Source: an uncultured Opitutaceae bacterium (lineage in GTDB: Bacteria > Verrucomicrobiota > Verrucomicrobiia > Opitutales > Opitutaceae). From it: a stretch of 64,000 bases of DNA. The stretch lies in assembly GCA_964525935.1 (NCBI GenBank), contig CAZGJZ010000007.1, forward strand, positions 43,336 through 107,335, written 5' to 3'. This document shows, one piece after another, positions 9,530-18,981 of the stretch. Made by a program: the position numbers and the translations under genes. Position 1 is the first letter of the stretch. Each line of letters begins with the position of its first letter. The notes under the pieces are model-generated. The model made no database searches and was not told where the DNA came from. It saw only the letters and a list, made by a program, of their open reading frames with translations.

Positions 9530-10654
9530 ATGGCGATTTGCCGCCCCGCCCGCCTCAGTCGTTTTTGTCCCATCACCGTGCCGCCGCTCGCCACCGATCT
9601 TTTCGACTACCACCTGCCGCCTCACCTCGTCGCCCAGACGCCGGCCGCGCGCCGGGACGCCTCGCGCCTGCTGGTCGTCGATCGCGCTACACGGAGCCTC
9701 GCGCACCACACCTTCGCCGACCTGCCGCAATTCCTTCGCGCCGGCGACACACTCTTCCGCAACAACGCCGCCGTCCTCCCCGCGCGCCTGCTCGCCCGCC
9801 GCCCCACCGGTGGCCAAGTCGAGTGCTTCCTCCTCCGGCCCGCCGATGGCGAACAGGTCTGGCGTTGCCTCATCAAGCCCGGGAAAAAACTCCCGGTCGG
9901 CGCGGTGTTTGCCCATGAGTCCGACGCGTTTTCCGGCGAAATCGTCGCCAAAGACCCCGACGGCTCCGCGCTCGTGCGCCTGCGCACCGCCAGCGGCGAG
10001 CCGATCACCGCCGTCGCCAACCGCCTCGGCGAAGTCCCGCTGCCGCCCTACATCACGCGCGACGACAGCACGCAACGCCACCGCGACCTCGAGCGCTACC
10101 AAACCGTTTATGCCGACCGCGCACGCCAAGTCGCCGTCGCCGCGCCCACTGCCGGGCTGCACTTCACGCCCGAGTTGCTCGCCGCGCTCACCGCGCAAGG
10201 TATAAAGGCCGCCGAAGTCACGCTGCACGTCGGGCTGGGCACTTTTAAACCCATCACTAGCGAAACGGTCGAGACGCACGACATCCATCGCGAGCTCTAC
10301 GAACTGCCCGTCGCCACGCAGCAGGCCTTGTTCAATACCAAGGGCCGCCGCATCGCCGTCGGCACCACCACCGTGCGCAGCGTCGAGGATTTTCTCGGCA
10401 CGCACTCCGCGCCACTCGCCCACCCACATCTCGCTGAGGCCGGCAGCTTCATTTATCCGCCGCGCCCGTTCCGCGGCGTGGATGCGTTGATCACCAATTT
10501 CCATCAACCTCGCTCGACGTTGCTCTGCCTCGTCAGCGCGTTTCTCACGCCTGGCTCGACCGACGGCATCGCGTGGCTGAAAGAAATCTACGCCGAGGCC
10601 ATCACCCGCGAATACCGCTTCTTCAGCTATGGCGACGCCATGTTGATTCTATGA
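9530..10654 (+). CDS. queA: S-adenosylmethionine:tRNA ribosyltransferase-isomerase
   Basis: TDLFDYHLPPHLVAQTPAARRDASRLLVV N-terminus, PLPPYI, TAGLHFT, VGTTTVRSVE and ITNFHQPRSTLL motifs. An in-frame GTG at 9578 is an alternative start. Confidence 0.9.
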   Translation: MAICRPARLSRFCPITVPPLATDLFDYHLPPHLVAQTPAARRDASRLLVVDRATRSLAHHTFADLPQFLRAGDTLFRNNAAVLPARLLARRPTGGQVECFLLRPADGEQVWRCLIKPGKKLPVGAVFAHESDAFSGEIVAKDPDGSALVRLRTASGEPITAVANRLGEVPLPPYITRDDSTQRHRDLERYQTVYADRARQVAVAAPTAGLHFTPELLAALTAQGIKAAEVTLHVGLGTFKPITSETVETHDIHRELYELPVATQQALFNTKGRRIAVGTTTVRSVEDFLGTHSAPLAHPHLAEAGSFIYPPRPFRGVDALITNFHQPRSTLLCLVSAFLTPGSTDGIAWLKEIYAEAITREYRFFSYGDAMLIL

Positions 10655-10701
10655 TTTGCAGAAATCATAAATCGCGACACACTGAGCGCCCTATCCCTAT
10701 T

Positions 10702-11289
10702 ATGCACAAAATTATCCGCCAGCTTGCCCTCTCTGCCCTCGTCCTTGGCCTGTTCGCCTCCGCGCGTGCCGCCACCGAGACCTATGTCATCGATAGCGTC
10801 CACTCGTCCGTCGGTTTCAGCATCCGCCACATGGTTTCCAAGGTGCCCGGCAGCTTCACCCAGTTCTCCGGCACCATCACCGTCGACCAGGACAACATGG
10901 AGCATAATTCCGTCGAAGCCGTCATCGATGTCGGCTCGATCAACACCGCGAACGAAAAACGCGACGGCCACCTCAAGACCCCCGACTTCTTCGATGCCGC
11001 CCAGTTCGCCACCATCACATTCAAGAGCAAGGCGTGGAAGAAGACCGGCGCCGACACCTACGATGTCACCGGCGACCTTACGATCAAGGACGTCACGAAG
11101 GAAGTCGTGCTCAACGTCACGGCACTCGGCTTTGGTCCCGGCATGAAACCCAACTCCAAGCTCTCCGGTTGGGAAGCCACCACGACCCTCAAGAAATCCG
11201 ACTTCAACCTCAGCGGCCCCGCCATGCTCGGCAAGGTCCTCGGTGACGAGGTCAAGGTGCACATCAACATCGAAGCCGGCCTCAAGTAA
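10702..11289 (+). CDS. YceI family periplasmic polyisoprenoid-binding protein
   Basis: ORF-track 10573..11289. ATG 10702 gives signal peptide MHKIIRQLALSALVLGLFASARA, then YVIDSVHSSVGFSIRHMVSKVPGSFTQFSG, typical of YceI. Confidence 0.85.
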   Translation: MHKIIRQLALSALVLGLFASARAATETYVIDSVHSSVGFSIRHMVSKVPGSFTQFSGTITVDQDNMEHNSVEAVIDVGSINTANEKRDGHLKTPDFFDAAQFATITFKSKAWKKTGADTYDVTGDLTIKDVTKEVVLNVTALGFGPGMKPNSKLSGWEATTTLKKSDFNLSGPAMLGKVLGDEVKVHINIEAGLK

Positions 11290-11311
11290 TCCGCCGCACT
11301 TCCCCGTTTGC

Positions 11312-11344
11312 AGGACGGCCCGCAAAGGCCGTCCTTTCTTTTTG
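11312..11344 (+). terminator. intrinsic terminator after the yceI-like gene
   Basis: aggacggcc-cgcaaa-ggccgtcct hairpin followed by ttctttttg. Confidence 0.75.
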
Positions 11345-11369
11345 TCCGCGCACCCCTAACCTCTCCGTT

Positions 11370-11732
11370 GTGACTCCTGAGGAAATCCAAACGCTCATCG
11401 ACGACGCCACCTTCGACTACTCGATGGGCGATACCGACGCCGCCATCGCCAAACTCCAGCGCGCCACCACCACGGCGCCGCAGTCCTTCGAGGCCTGGCA
11501 CGCGCTCGCCGAGGTCCATTTCAGCCTGCGCCGCCTCGACGAAGCCCTCCATGCCGCCGAGTCCGCGCATGCTCTCCGTCCCACCGATTTATTCATCAAC
11601 ACCACCCTCTCCCGCATCTGGATGGAGCGCGGCGACAAAGCCACGGCCGAAAAATACGGCGCGCAGGCCAAAATCCTCAGTTGGAAGGACCAGCTCCAAA
11701 ATCCCGGACAGCAAGCCGGTGGCATTAACTAA
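11370..11732 (+). CDS. small TPR-repeat protein
   Basis: 120 aa, GTG start. Helical TPR-like repeats (AIAKLQRATTTAPQSFEAWHALAEVHFSLRRLDEALHAAESA). Confidence 0.6.
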   Translation: MTPEEIQTLIDDATFDYSMGDTDAAIAKLQRATTTAPQSFEAWHALAEVHFSLRRLDEALHAAESAHALRPTDLFINTTLSRIWMERGDKATAEKYGAQAKILSWKDQLQNPGQQAGGIN

Positions 11733-11780
11733 ACTGTCCGCCCGTTGACAGGTTTCCTTCCGCTTCCCTAGCCTTCTGCC

Positions 11781-12752
11781 ATGGACAAGCCGACTTACGT
11801 GCTGGAATTCGAAAAACCTCTGCGCGAGCTCTCAAAACAGCTCGAAGCTCTCCAGCAGCAGTCTCTCGAAACCAGTGTCGATCTCTCCCGCGAGGCCTTT
11901 GCCATCGAGAAGAAGATCGAGGCCACCCAGCGCGAAATCTATTCCGGTCTCACCCCTTGGCAGCGCGTCCAGATCGCCCGCCACCCGAAGCGCCCCTACG
12001 CCCTCGATTACGTCGGCTTCCTTTGCGAAGGCTTTCAGGAATTGCACGGCGACCGCCAGTTCAACGACGACCGCGCCCTCATTGGCGGCACCGCCTTTTT
12101 CAACGGTGAAGCCGTCATGATCATCGCCCAGCAGAAGGGCCGCGACACCAAGGAAAAAATCGCCCGCAACTTCGGCATGCCCCAGCCCGAAGGTTATCGC
12201 AAAGCCCTGCGCCTGATGAAAATGGCCGAGAAATTCGGCCTGCCCGTCCTCAGCTTTATCGACACTCCTGGCGCTTATCCCGGCATCGGTTCCGAAGAAC
12301 GCCACGTCTCCGAAGCCATCGCCGTCAACCTGCGCGAAATGGCCATGCTCAAGACACCCTCCATCGCCGTCGTCGTTGGCGAAGGCGGCTCCGGCGGCGC
12401 GCTTGGCATCGGCGTCACCGACCGCGTGCTCATTTTCGAAAACAGCTACTACTCCGTCATCTCGCCCGAGGGCTGCGCCGCGATCCTCTGGAAAGACAGC
12501 GCCGCCGCCCCCAAGGCTGCCGAGGCACTCAAACTCAATGCCGCCACGCTCGAGAAACTCGGCGTCGTCGACGAAGTCATTCCCGAGCCCATGGGCGGCG
12601 CGCACTACGATCCCGCGCAAGCCGCCGCCGCGCTGAAGTATTCGCTGCAGAAACACCTCAACGACCTCCGCGGCCTCAAGATCGATCGCCTCCTCGACAC
12701 TCGCTACGAACGCTACCGCAAACTCGGCGTGTTCGAAGAAGTTGCCGTGTAG
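11781..12752 (+). CDS. accA: acetyl-CoA carboxylase carboxyltransferase subunit alpha
   Basis: 323 aa. LEFEKPLRELSKQLEAL, HPKRPY, FIDTPGAYPGIGSEERHVSEAIA and GEGGSGGALG motifs. Confidence 0.95.
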   Translation: MDKPTYVLEFEKPLRELSKQLEALQQQSLETSVDLSREAFAIEKKIEATQREIYSGLTPWQRVQIARHPKRPYALDYVGFLCEGFQELHGDRQFNDDRALIGGTAFFNGEAVMIIAQQKGRDTKEKIARNFGMPQPEGYRKALRLMKMAEKFGLPVLSFIDTPGAYPGIGSEERHVSEAIAVNLREMAMLKTPSIAVVVGEGGSGGALGIGVTDRVLIFENSYYSVISPEGCAAILWKDSAAAPKAAEALKLNAATLEKLGVVDEVIPEPMGGAHYDPAQAAAALKYSLQKHLNDLRGLKIDRLLDTRYERYRKLGVFEEVAV

Positions 12753-12795
12753 ACCCGCCCGGTGGGCGGGTTTCCCGGCCACCGGCCGGGCCTAC
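12749..12795. repeat. REP doublet (REPIN-like): two GTAG-headed GC hairpins in inverted orientation
   Basis: GTAG-acccgccc-ggt-gggcgggt, tt, cccggcc-acc-ggccggg-CCTAC. The first GTAG contains the accA TAG stop codon (12750-12752). Confidence 0.7.
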
Positions 12796-12805
12796 AAGCT
12801 TCTTC

Positions 12806-12828
12806 GGTGTATTCCGTGTGTTCCGTGG
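12806..12828. repeat. solo arm of TTCCGTG-word repeat
   Basis: ggtgtattccgtgtgttccgtgg. Same word type as 40670-40700 and related to the CACGRAG palindromes. Confidence 0.5.
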
Positions 12829-12834
12829 GCCAAC

Positions 12835-13617
12835 TTAAGCCCGCACCGTCAGCAGCTCGATCTTTTCCGCCCGCGCCATCGACGGGCTGATCTCAACCAC
12901 TGCGCCGGAAAGCCGCACGTCACCTGTCGCCACCTCGAAGCGCCGCGGCATCCCGTCCAGAAAACGGCTCACCACCGGCTCCACTTCGCGGCCGAGCACC
13001 GAGGCATACGGCCCCGTCATGCCCACGTCGCACATGAACGCCGTGCCCTTCGGCAGCACGCACGCATCAGCCGTCGGCACATGCGTGTGCGTGCCGAGCA
13101 CCGCGGTCACGCGTCCGTCGAGATGCCAGCCGAGCGCGATTTTCTCGGATGTCGCCTCGGCGTGGATTTCCACGACGATCGCGTCCGCCTGACCTTTCAG
13201 CTGCGCAATCATCCGGTCTGCGCACAAAAACGGACAGTCCGCCTTCATCCCCATAAACGTGCGGCCCAACACGGTGAAAACCGCCAGCCGAAAGCCGCGT
13301 TTCTCAATGATGAGGTGATCCCAACCCGGGTTCGACTTCGGCAAATTCGCCGGCCGGCACACGTGTTCGATCCCGGCGATCTCGTTTTCCCAGCCACGCT
13401 GGTCCCACACATGGTCGCCCAGCGTGATCGCATCGACGCCGCTGGAGAGGAGCGACTTTGCGATCAGTCCGGTGATCCCGGCGCCCGCCGCGGCGTTTTC
13501 CCCATTGGCGATCACGAAGTCCAGCTTGTGCTCCACGCGCAGGCGCGCCACCCGGTCCACGACGATCTCGCGCCCCGGCCGTCCCACGATGTCACCGATG
13601 AAAAGCAGCTTTAGCAT
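12835..13617 (-). CDS. YmdB-like metallophosphoesterase (TIGR00282 family)
   Basis: 260 aa. [31 protein letters not shown] and [10 protein letters not shown] motifs. Confidence 0.85.
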   Translation of the reverse strand: MLKLLFIGDIVGRPGREIVVDRVARLRVEHKLDFVIANGENAAAGAGITGLIAKSLLSSGVDAITLGDHVWDQRGWENEIAGIEHVCRPANLPKSNPGWDHLIIEKRGFRLAVFTVLGRTFMGMKADCPFLCADRMIAQLKGQADAIVVEIHAEATSEKIALGWHLDGRVTAVLGTHTHVPTADACVLPKGTAFMCDVGMTGPYASVLGREVEPVVSRFLDGMPRRFEVATGDVRLSGAVVEISPSMARAEKIELLTVRA

Positions 13618-13750
13618 CGCGCGAACCTGCGAACGAAAACCCGGCTAGCCAACGGCAAAAGTTATGACAAAAACCCGCCCCAAAAAACCCATGCCGAGGC
13701 TTGCCCCTCAGGGAAGCACCCGCTTACCTCGAAACCCCTCTGTTAACACC

Positions 13751-15520
13751 ATGAAGACCAAGACCTCCCCCGCTACGTTTCCCAAGGCCGAGATCGGCCC
13801 CGAAATGAATGGTGCCGACGCCGTCGTCGCGAGCCTGATCCGGGAGAACGTCGACGTCATTTTCGCCTATCCCGGCGGCGCTTCCCAGGAGCTCCACCAG
13901 GCGCTCGCCCGCACGGAGAAGATCCGCGTCATCCTTCCCCGCCATGAGCAGGGCGGCTCCTTCGCCGCCGAAGGCTACGCCCGCGCCAGCGGCCGCGTCG
14001 GCGTCTGCATGGCCACCAGCGGCCCCGGCGCCACCAATCTCGTCAGCGCCATCGCGGATGCCTACATGGACTCCACGCCCATCGTGGCGATCACCGGCCA
14101 GGTTTTCCAAAAATACATCGGCAAGAGCGCGTTTCAGGAGACCGACTTCTACGGCATGACCCTGCCGATCGTGAAGCACTCCTACCTCATCACCAACGTC
14201 CACGACCTGCCGCGTATCTTCAAGGAAGCCTTCCACATCGCCCGCAGTGGCCGCCCCGGTCCCGTCGTCATCGACATCCCGAAGGACGTGCAGCAGGCCC
14301 GCTTCCAGCCCGTATTTCCCGCCACCGTCGAGTTCCGCAATCCCTACATCAGCCAGCAGCACCACGCCTCTGACGAAGAGCTGCAGCAAGTCCTCACGCT
14401 CATCGCCGGCGCGCAGAAGCCCGTGCTCTACGCGGGCGGCGGCATCATCTCCGCCGAGGCGCACAAGGAACTCACGGCGTTCGCGCAAAAAACCAACGTC
14501 CCTGTCGCCACCACGCTCATGGGCGTCGGCGCCTTCCCGGAGACGGACAAACTCTCCATGCAGTGGTTCGGCATGCACGGCAGCGCCTACGGCAACTGGG
14601 CCGTGGACCAAAGCGACCTGCTCCTCTGCTTCGGCGCGCGCTTCGACGACCGCATCACCGGCGAAGTCTCCAAGTTCGCCCCGCACGCGAAGATCGTCCA
14701 CATCGACATCGACGCCTCCGAGCACAACAAGAACAAGCGCGTCCAATACCCGATCTGCTCCGACATCAAGTATGCGCTCGGCCGGCTCAACGAGCTCGCG
14801 GCCAAGTTCACTCCGCCCGACAACGCCGCCTGGCACGCCCAGATCGCGCAGTGGAAAAAGGATCACCCCTTCCGCTACGACGAGAGCAAGCACATCCAGC
14901 CGCAGGAAGCCGTTGCCGCACTCTACGAACTCACCAAGGGCGACGCCATCATCGCCACCGGCGTCGGCCAGCACCAGATGTGGGCCGCGCAGTTCTACCG
15001 CTTCAACGAGCCCCGCCGCTACATCAGCTCCCTCGGCCTCGGCGCGATGGGCTACGGCTACCCTGCTGCCATGGGCGCCAAGGTCGCCTGCCCTGACAAA
15101 CAGGTCATCGATATCGATGGCGATGGCTCGTTCATGATGAACATCCAGGAGCTCGCCACCTGCCACATCGAGAAGATCGCCGCCAAGGCGATGATCCTGA
15201 ACAACCAGCACCTCGGCATGGTCGTGCAGTGGGAAGACCGTTTCTACAAGAGCGTCCGCGGCAACACCATCCTCGGCGACGAAAACAACATCGGCAGCCC
15301 CGACAATCCCTCCGGCCTCTATCCTGATTTCGTGAAAGTCGCCGCCGGTTTCGGCGTGAAGGGCCGCCGCGTCATCAAGAAGAGCGAGCTGAAGGAAGCC
15401 ATCCAGGAGATGCTCGATCACGATGGTCCTTACGTCCTCGACGTCGTCGTGCCCTACACCGAGCACGTGATGCCGATGATCCCCGCCGGCAAGACCGTGA
15501 AGGAAATGCTGCTGAAGTAA
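13751..15520 (+). CDS. ilvB: acetolactate synthase large (catalytic) subunit
   Basis: ORF-track 13664..15520. ATG 13751 (alternative ATG 13805) precedes [29 protein letters not shown] motif [16 protein letters not shown]...[10 protein letters not shown]. No ilvN follows. Confidence 0.9.
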   Translation: MKTKTSPATFPKAEIGPEMNGADAVVASLIRENVDVIFAYPGGASQELHQALARTEKIRVILPRHEQGGSFAAEGYARASGRVGVCMATSGPGATNLVSAIADAYMDSTPIVAITGQVFQKYIGKSAFQETDFYGMTLPIVKHSYLITNVHDLPRIFKEAFHIARSGRPGPVVIDIPKDVQQARFQPVFPATVEFRNPYISQQHHASDEELQQVLTLIAGAQKPVLYAGGGIISAEAHKELTAFAQKTNVPVATTLMGVGAFPETDKLSMQWFGMHGSAYGNWAVDQSDLLLCFGARFDDRITGEVSKFAPHAKIVHIDIDASEHNKNKRVQYPICSDIKYALGRLNELAAKFTPPDNAAWHAQIAQWKKDHPFRYDESKHIQPQEAVAALYELTKGDAIIATGVGQHQMWAAQFYRFNEPRRYISSLGLGAMGYGYPAAMGAKVACPDKQVIDIDGDGSFMMNIQELATCHIEKIAAKAMILNNQHLGMVVQWEDRFYKSVRGNTILGDENNIGSPDNPSGLYPDFVKVAAGFGVKGRRVIKKSELKEAIQEMLDHDGPYVLDVVVPYTEHVMPMIPAGKTVKEMLLK

Positions 15521-15544
15521 GCGGCGTTCGCCCTTTTCACTCTC

Positions 15545-15574
15545 AAGCCCGCGCCCACCGCGCGGGCTTTTTTG
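15545..15574 (+). terminator. intrinsic terminator after ilvB
   Basis: aagcccgcgc-ccacc-gcgcgggctt, 10-bp stem running into tttttt. Confidence 0.8.
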
Positions 15575-15621
15575 TGTCTCGAATTCCAGCGGCCGAAACG
15601 GACGGCCGTATCATGCCCCTC

Positions 15622-15675
15622 GATTGTAGGCCCGGCCGTTGGCCGGGCACCCGACCAGCGGTCGGGTCTACAATC
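15622..15675. repeat. REP doublet (REPIN-like) closed by an outer GATTGTAG/CTACAATC stem
   Basis: gattGTAG-gcccggcc-gtt-ggccgggc-a-cccgacc-agc-ggtcggg-t-CTACaatc. Abuts the cyclase stop codon at 15676. Confidence 0.7.
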
Positions 15676-17931
15676 TCACTTCTCCTTCATCACATAAACC
15701 CCATCCCAGCCCTCTTCGGGTGGCTCGTGTTTGTAGTGCTCCGTAATCCCTAGATACACAATCGACGGATTGCTCACCACACCCGGCGTTACACCGGGAA
15801 TATTCGGTTCCAGCTCTCGGCTTTGCGTAAACAGCGCCAGCGCGCCGTCCCAGTCGCGGGCGTAATATTTCTCCAGCCCCTGCGCAAAGAGCGCAATGCA
15901 CTCACGTGTGCGCGGGGTGACATGCTCTTTTAATCCCACGATCTCGAAAATCGGCACCGCCGAGGAGCGGCCTTTCACCACAATCCGGCCGAGCGGACGA
16001 AACACCACGCGGTCGCCCCCATGCTGTTCGCAGGCCAGCTTCGTCGCCTCCGCGCACATCGTGTAGGCGCCCCAGCTCTTCGCCCCCGACTCCATGCGCG
16101 CCGCGAGGTTCACGTTGTCGCCCATCATCGTGTAATTGAAGCGCGTGCGACTGCCCATGTTGCCGATCATGCACATGCCGGTGTTGAGGCCGATGCGGGT
16201 CTGCATTTTCCAAACGATCTCCGGCCACTTCTTGCCCTCGCTTTCCCACTTCACGCGCAACTCGCCCAGTTTGTGGTGCACGCGCTGACTCGCCACGCAC
16301 GCGCGGTAGGCGTGGTCCGGCACCGGGATGGGGGCGCCAAACATCGCGACCACCGCGTCGCCGATGTATTTGTCGAGCGTGCCACCCTCCCCTTGCACGA
16401 TGTCGGTGCAGGCGGTGAGGTATTCGTTCATCAATTCGACGAGCGGACCGGAGCCTAGTTTTTCCGAAAAGGTGGAGAACGACTGGATGTCCGAAAAATA
16501 AGCCGTGATCTCGGCGTCGTGCCCGCCGAGCTGCGGGTCGTCGCCCGACTCGACCATGCGATCGACAAGCTGCGGCGAAACATAGGTGCCAAACATGCCT
16601 TTGATGCGTCCCTTCTGCCGCTCCTCGAGGACGAGCTGCCAACCAATGCCGATGAAGCTCGCCATCAATGTCGCGGCGAGCGGCGCCGTCATGGGCAACA
16701 CCAGTTGCTGGTGCTTGAACAGCCAGAACGCCGTTCCCACAAACCCGAGTAGGATCACGCCACCCAGCGCCTTGTAGCCCACGCCCTTCACTCCGCCGGC
16801 CACCGCGAGCTGCGCCACCACGAGCATCAGCCCGCAGGTCAGCACCACCAAGACCCACAGCGGCACATGGCGGATAAACAGACCGGAGCGGATGGTTTTG
16901 ATCAGGTTGCCGTGCAGCCCGACTTTCGGCACCGGCGAGGCATTGAACGGCGTGGGCGCCAGATCCTGCAACATCGGATCCACCGGCCCGATCAGCACGA
17001 TGGCACCGGCAAACCGCGCAAAAAACCGCTCCGCCGACTCGCGCACCTCCGGCTGCTCCGCCGCAAGGTCCTGCCGGTAAAGCAGCACATCCGCCAGGCT
17101 CACCCGCGGGTTGAGCCGTTCGTTTTCCCAACTCGAAAACCAGTTCACCTCCAAGAGCTGCTGTTCACGCAGCGGAATCGTAACGGCGGTGCCGCCGTCC
17201 GGGCGCACAATCGCCAGCGTGTCCGCCGACAGCCGCACCGCTGACTCGTCGAGTCCCAGATCGATCAGCGCCAGCTTGAGCGAAAGGTGGTAGAGCGTGG
17301 GGTTTGGCGTCTGCGCAAAAAGCGGCACCCAGCGCGGCACTTCGTCGCCGCCGTATTCGTAATCCACGTCGATCAAGCCCGCGGTGCCCCACGTGGGCCC
17401 GATGAGCGGATACTGCGGCAGTTCCGGCAGGTCGTTTTTCTGGCGGTCAGTGATACCCCGTCGCAGCAGCGGAAAATGCCGCTGGCCTTCCTGCAGGTAG
17501 GATTGGCCCCCGCTGTATTGTGCGCCCAGCACGATCTCGGGATGCCGGCGCACGACCCGCGCAAAATCGACGTTGCGTTTCTTCAGCTCGTCACGCGCGA
17601 CCATCTTCGAAGCCGCGTAATCGGAAAAAACAAAATCGAACCCCACCGCCTTGGCTTTGCCGGTCTCCAACACCACTTGCGCCGCCGCACCGAAATCACT
17701 GCGGTCCCACGGCCGCTCGCCCAGCGCCTGAACCGCCCGCGTGTCCACATCGACGTAGACGATTTTGACCGGGGCTTCGATCTCGCCGCGAAACAGATAA
17801 CGCAGCTTCAGCGTCTGGTTCTCGATCGTGTCCAGCCAGCCTTGGTGCGCAGCGACGCACCAAAACGCGGTGACCGTCAAGTAAAGCACCCAGCGCAAAT
17901 AAAACGGCAGCTTCGCTTTCGTTGGGAGCAT
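15676..17931 (-). CDS. CHASE2-sensor class III adenylate/guanylate cyclase
   Basis: 751 aa. N-terminal TM segment, long extracytoplasmic CHASE2-like region, TM cluster, then cyclase domain motifs (FSDIQSFSTFSE, KYIGDAVVAMFGAP, GLNTGMCMIGNMGS, YTMMGDNVNLAARME). Confidence 0.85.
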   Translation of the reverse strand: MLPTKAKLPFYLRWVLYLTVTAFWCVAAHQGWLDTIENQTLKLRYLFRGEIEAPVKIVYVDVDTRAVQALGERPWDRSDFGAAAQVVLETGKAKAVGFDFVFSDYAASKMVARDELKKRNVDFARVVRRHPEIVLGAQYSGGQSYLQEGQRHFPLLRRGITDRQKNDLPELPQYPLIGPTWGTAGLIDVDYEYGGDEVPRWVPLFAQTPNPTLYHLSLKLALIDLGLDESAVRLSADTLAIVRPDGGTAVTIPLREQQLLEVNWFSSWENERLNPRVSLADVLLYRQDLAAEQPEVRESAERFFARFAGAIVLIGPVDPMLQDLAPTPFNASPVPKVGLHGNLIKTIRSGLFIRHVPLWVLVVLTCGLMLVVAQLAVAGGVKGVGYKALGGVILLGFVGTAFWLFKHQQLVLPMTAPLAATLMASFIGIGWQLVLEERQKGRIKGMFGTYVSPQLVDRMVESGDDPQLGGHDAEITAYFSDIQSFSTFSEKLGSGPLVELMNEYLTACTDIVQGEGGTLDKYIGDAVVAMFGAPIPVPDHAYRACVASQRVHHKLGELRVKWESEGKKWPEIVWKMQTRIGLNTGMCMIGNMGSRTRFNYTMMGDNVNLAARMESGAKSWGAYTMCAEATKLACEQHGGDRVVFRPLGRIVVKGRSSAVPIFEIVGLKEHVTPRTRECIALFAQGLEKYYARDWDGALALFTQSRELEPNIPGVTPGVVSNPSIVYLGITEHYKHEPPEEGWDGVYVMKEK

Positions 17932-18001
17932 CGGTGGGGCGCCAAGTTACGCGGCGGTTTTCCGCAACGGAAGCAGATTCAGGCCGGTCGGGACTGGACA
18001 C

Positions 18002-18031
18002 AAAAAACCCGGGAGGCCTGCGCATCCCGGG
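18002..18031 (-). terminator. intrinsic terminator between the FecR-like gene and the cyclase gene
   Basis: On the minus strand: cccggga-tgcgcaggcc-tcccggg followed by ttttttg. Confidence 0.65.
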
Positions 18032-18055
18032 TGCTTGGGCGTTAAAGCGACGCGC

Positions 18056-18961
18056 TCAGCTGGACGTGCCGTCGCCGGGCGTGGTGCGCACCGGCTGCGA
18101 AGTCGGCGGCGGTGGCGGCGGTTCTTCCTTTTTCGGTTCTTCCTTCGGCGTGTCCGTGGTGGGCGGCGTGGTGCCACCGCTGGATGTCGACGCGGAAAAA
18201 GTGACGTTCGCCACCGCTTGGGCAACTTGCTGCACTGTCGCCATCACTTCGGCCATCGAGCCCGACGAAGCCGGGATCACGACCGGCGGCGCCGAGCCAA
18301 CCACCAAGGTCACCGCGCCGGTCGCCGGGTCCACCGTCACATCAATCTCCACGGCGATCTCCTGGTTGTCCGGCACCGAGGTGTCGGCGGGCAGGTTGAC
18401 CGAGCCGCTCGCGAGCACGACATTGCCTTCGACGGTCGTCAGGGAGAAGAACGCCTTGCCTGTGCCATCGGGACGGAAAACGATGCGGAAAGTCGTGCCA
18501 CGGATACCGGCGGCGCCGACCGGAGTCTGAATATTGAAGCTCGAGCCTTTGTCGTAGTTGAGCTTTTTAACATTACCGACGAGTTCGCCGCGGCTCAGGT
18601 TAAGTTTCGTCGTCGAGGTCGAGGGCTCAGCGGTCAGCTTGGAGACCGCGACTTCATCGGCGAATGGATCCTGCAGATACTCATCGATGGCGAGCGAGCT
18701 GTCCTGGGCGAGGTTGAGCGTCGCACCATTGGAAAACACCAGCACCACACTGGAGTCCTTCGCGGTGTTGATGACGTAACCCTGCGCCAGCTCGGAGCCG
18801 TTTTTCAGCGCGATTGTCGCGCCGTCCTTGGTCGCCGTCACCGTGCCGGTGACCTTCGCGGCCTTGATCTGGCCGGGGGCCGTCGCTTGGGCCCGGGCAT
18901 CCAGGCTAAGCATCGCGGCAAAGCCAAATAACCACAGCCACGTCAGGATTTTTTTATGCAT
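18056..18961 (-). CDS. FecR-domain-like secreted protein with Pro/Thr-rich tail
   Basis: 301 aa. Signal peptide MHKKILTWLWLFGFAAMLSLDARA; beta-rich core (VVLVFSNGATLNLAQDSSLAI ... TPVGAAGIRGTTF) resembles FecR/PF04773. C-terminal tail PKEEPKKEEPPPPPPT. Confidence 0.7.
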   Translation of the reverse strand: MHKKILTWLWLFGFAAMLSLDARAQATAPGQIKAAKVTGTVTATKDGATIALKNGSELAQGYVINTAKDSSVVLVFSNGATLNLAQDSSLAIDEYLQDPFADEVAVSKLTAEPSTSTTKLNLSRGELVGNVKKLNYDKGSSFNIQTPVGAAGIRGTTFRIVFRPDGTGKAFFSLTTVEGNVVLASGSVNLPADTSVPDNQEIAVEIDVTVDPATGAVTLVVGSAPPVVIPASSGSMAEVMATVQQVAQAVANVTFSASTSSGGTTPPTTDTPKEEPKKEEPPPPPPTSQPVRTTPGDGTSS

Positions 18962-18981
18962 AGGATGAGGCGTTTTCAGAG

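Noticed and set aside
13724-15466. 580-aa minus-strand ORF antisense to ilvB. Similar long shadow ORFs were seen at 697..1722(+), 9449..10507(-), 11832..12782(-), 20813..22102(+), 29046..30500(-), 32151..34490(-), 36324..37697(-), 44264..45454(-) and 52870..54177(-).
   Set aside because: Each fully overlaps a gene with strong family motifs on the other strand. Their translations are Arg/Gly/Ala/Asp-rich low-complexity sequence with no recognisable domains. Stop-poor antisense frames are expected at ~65% GC.
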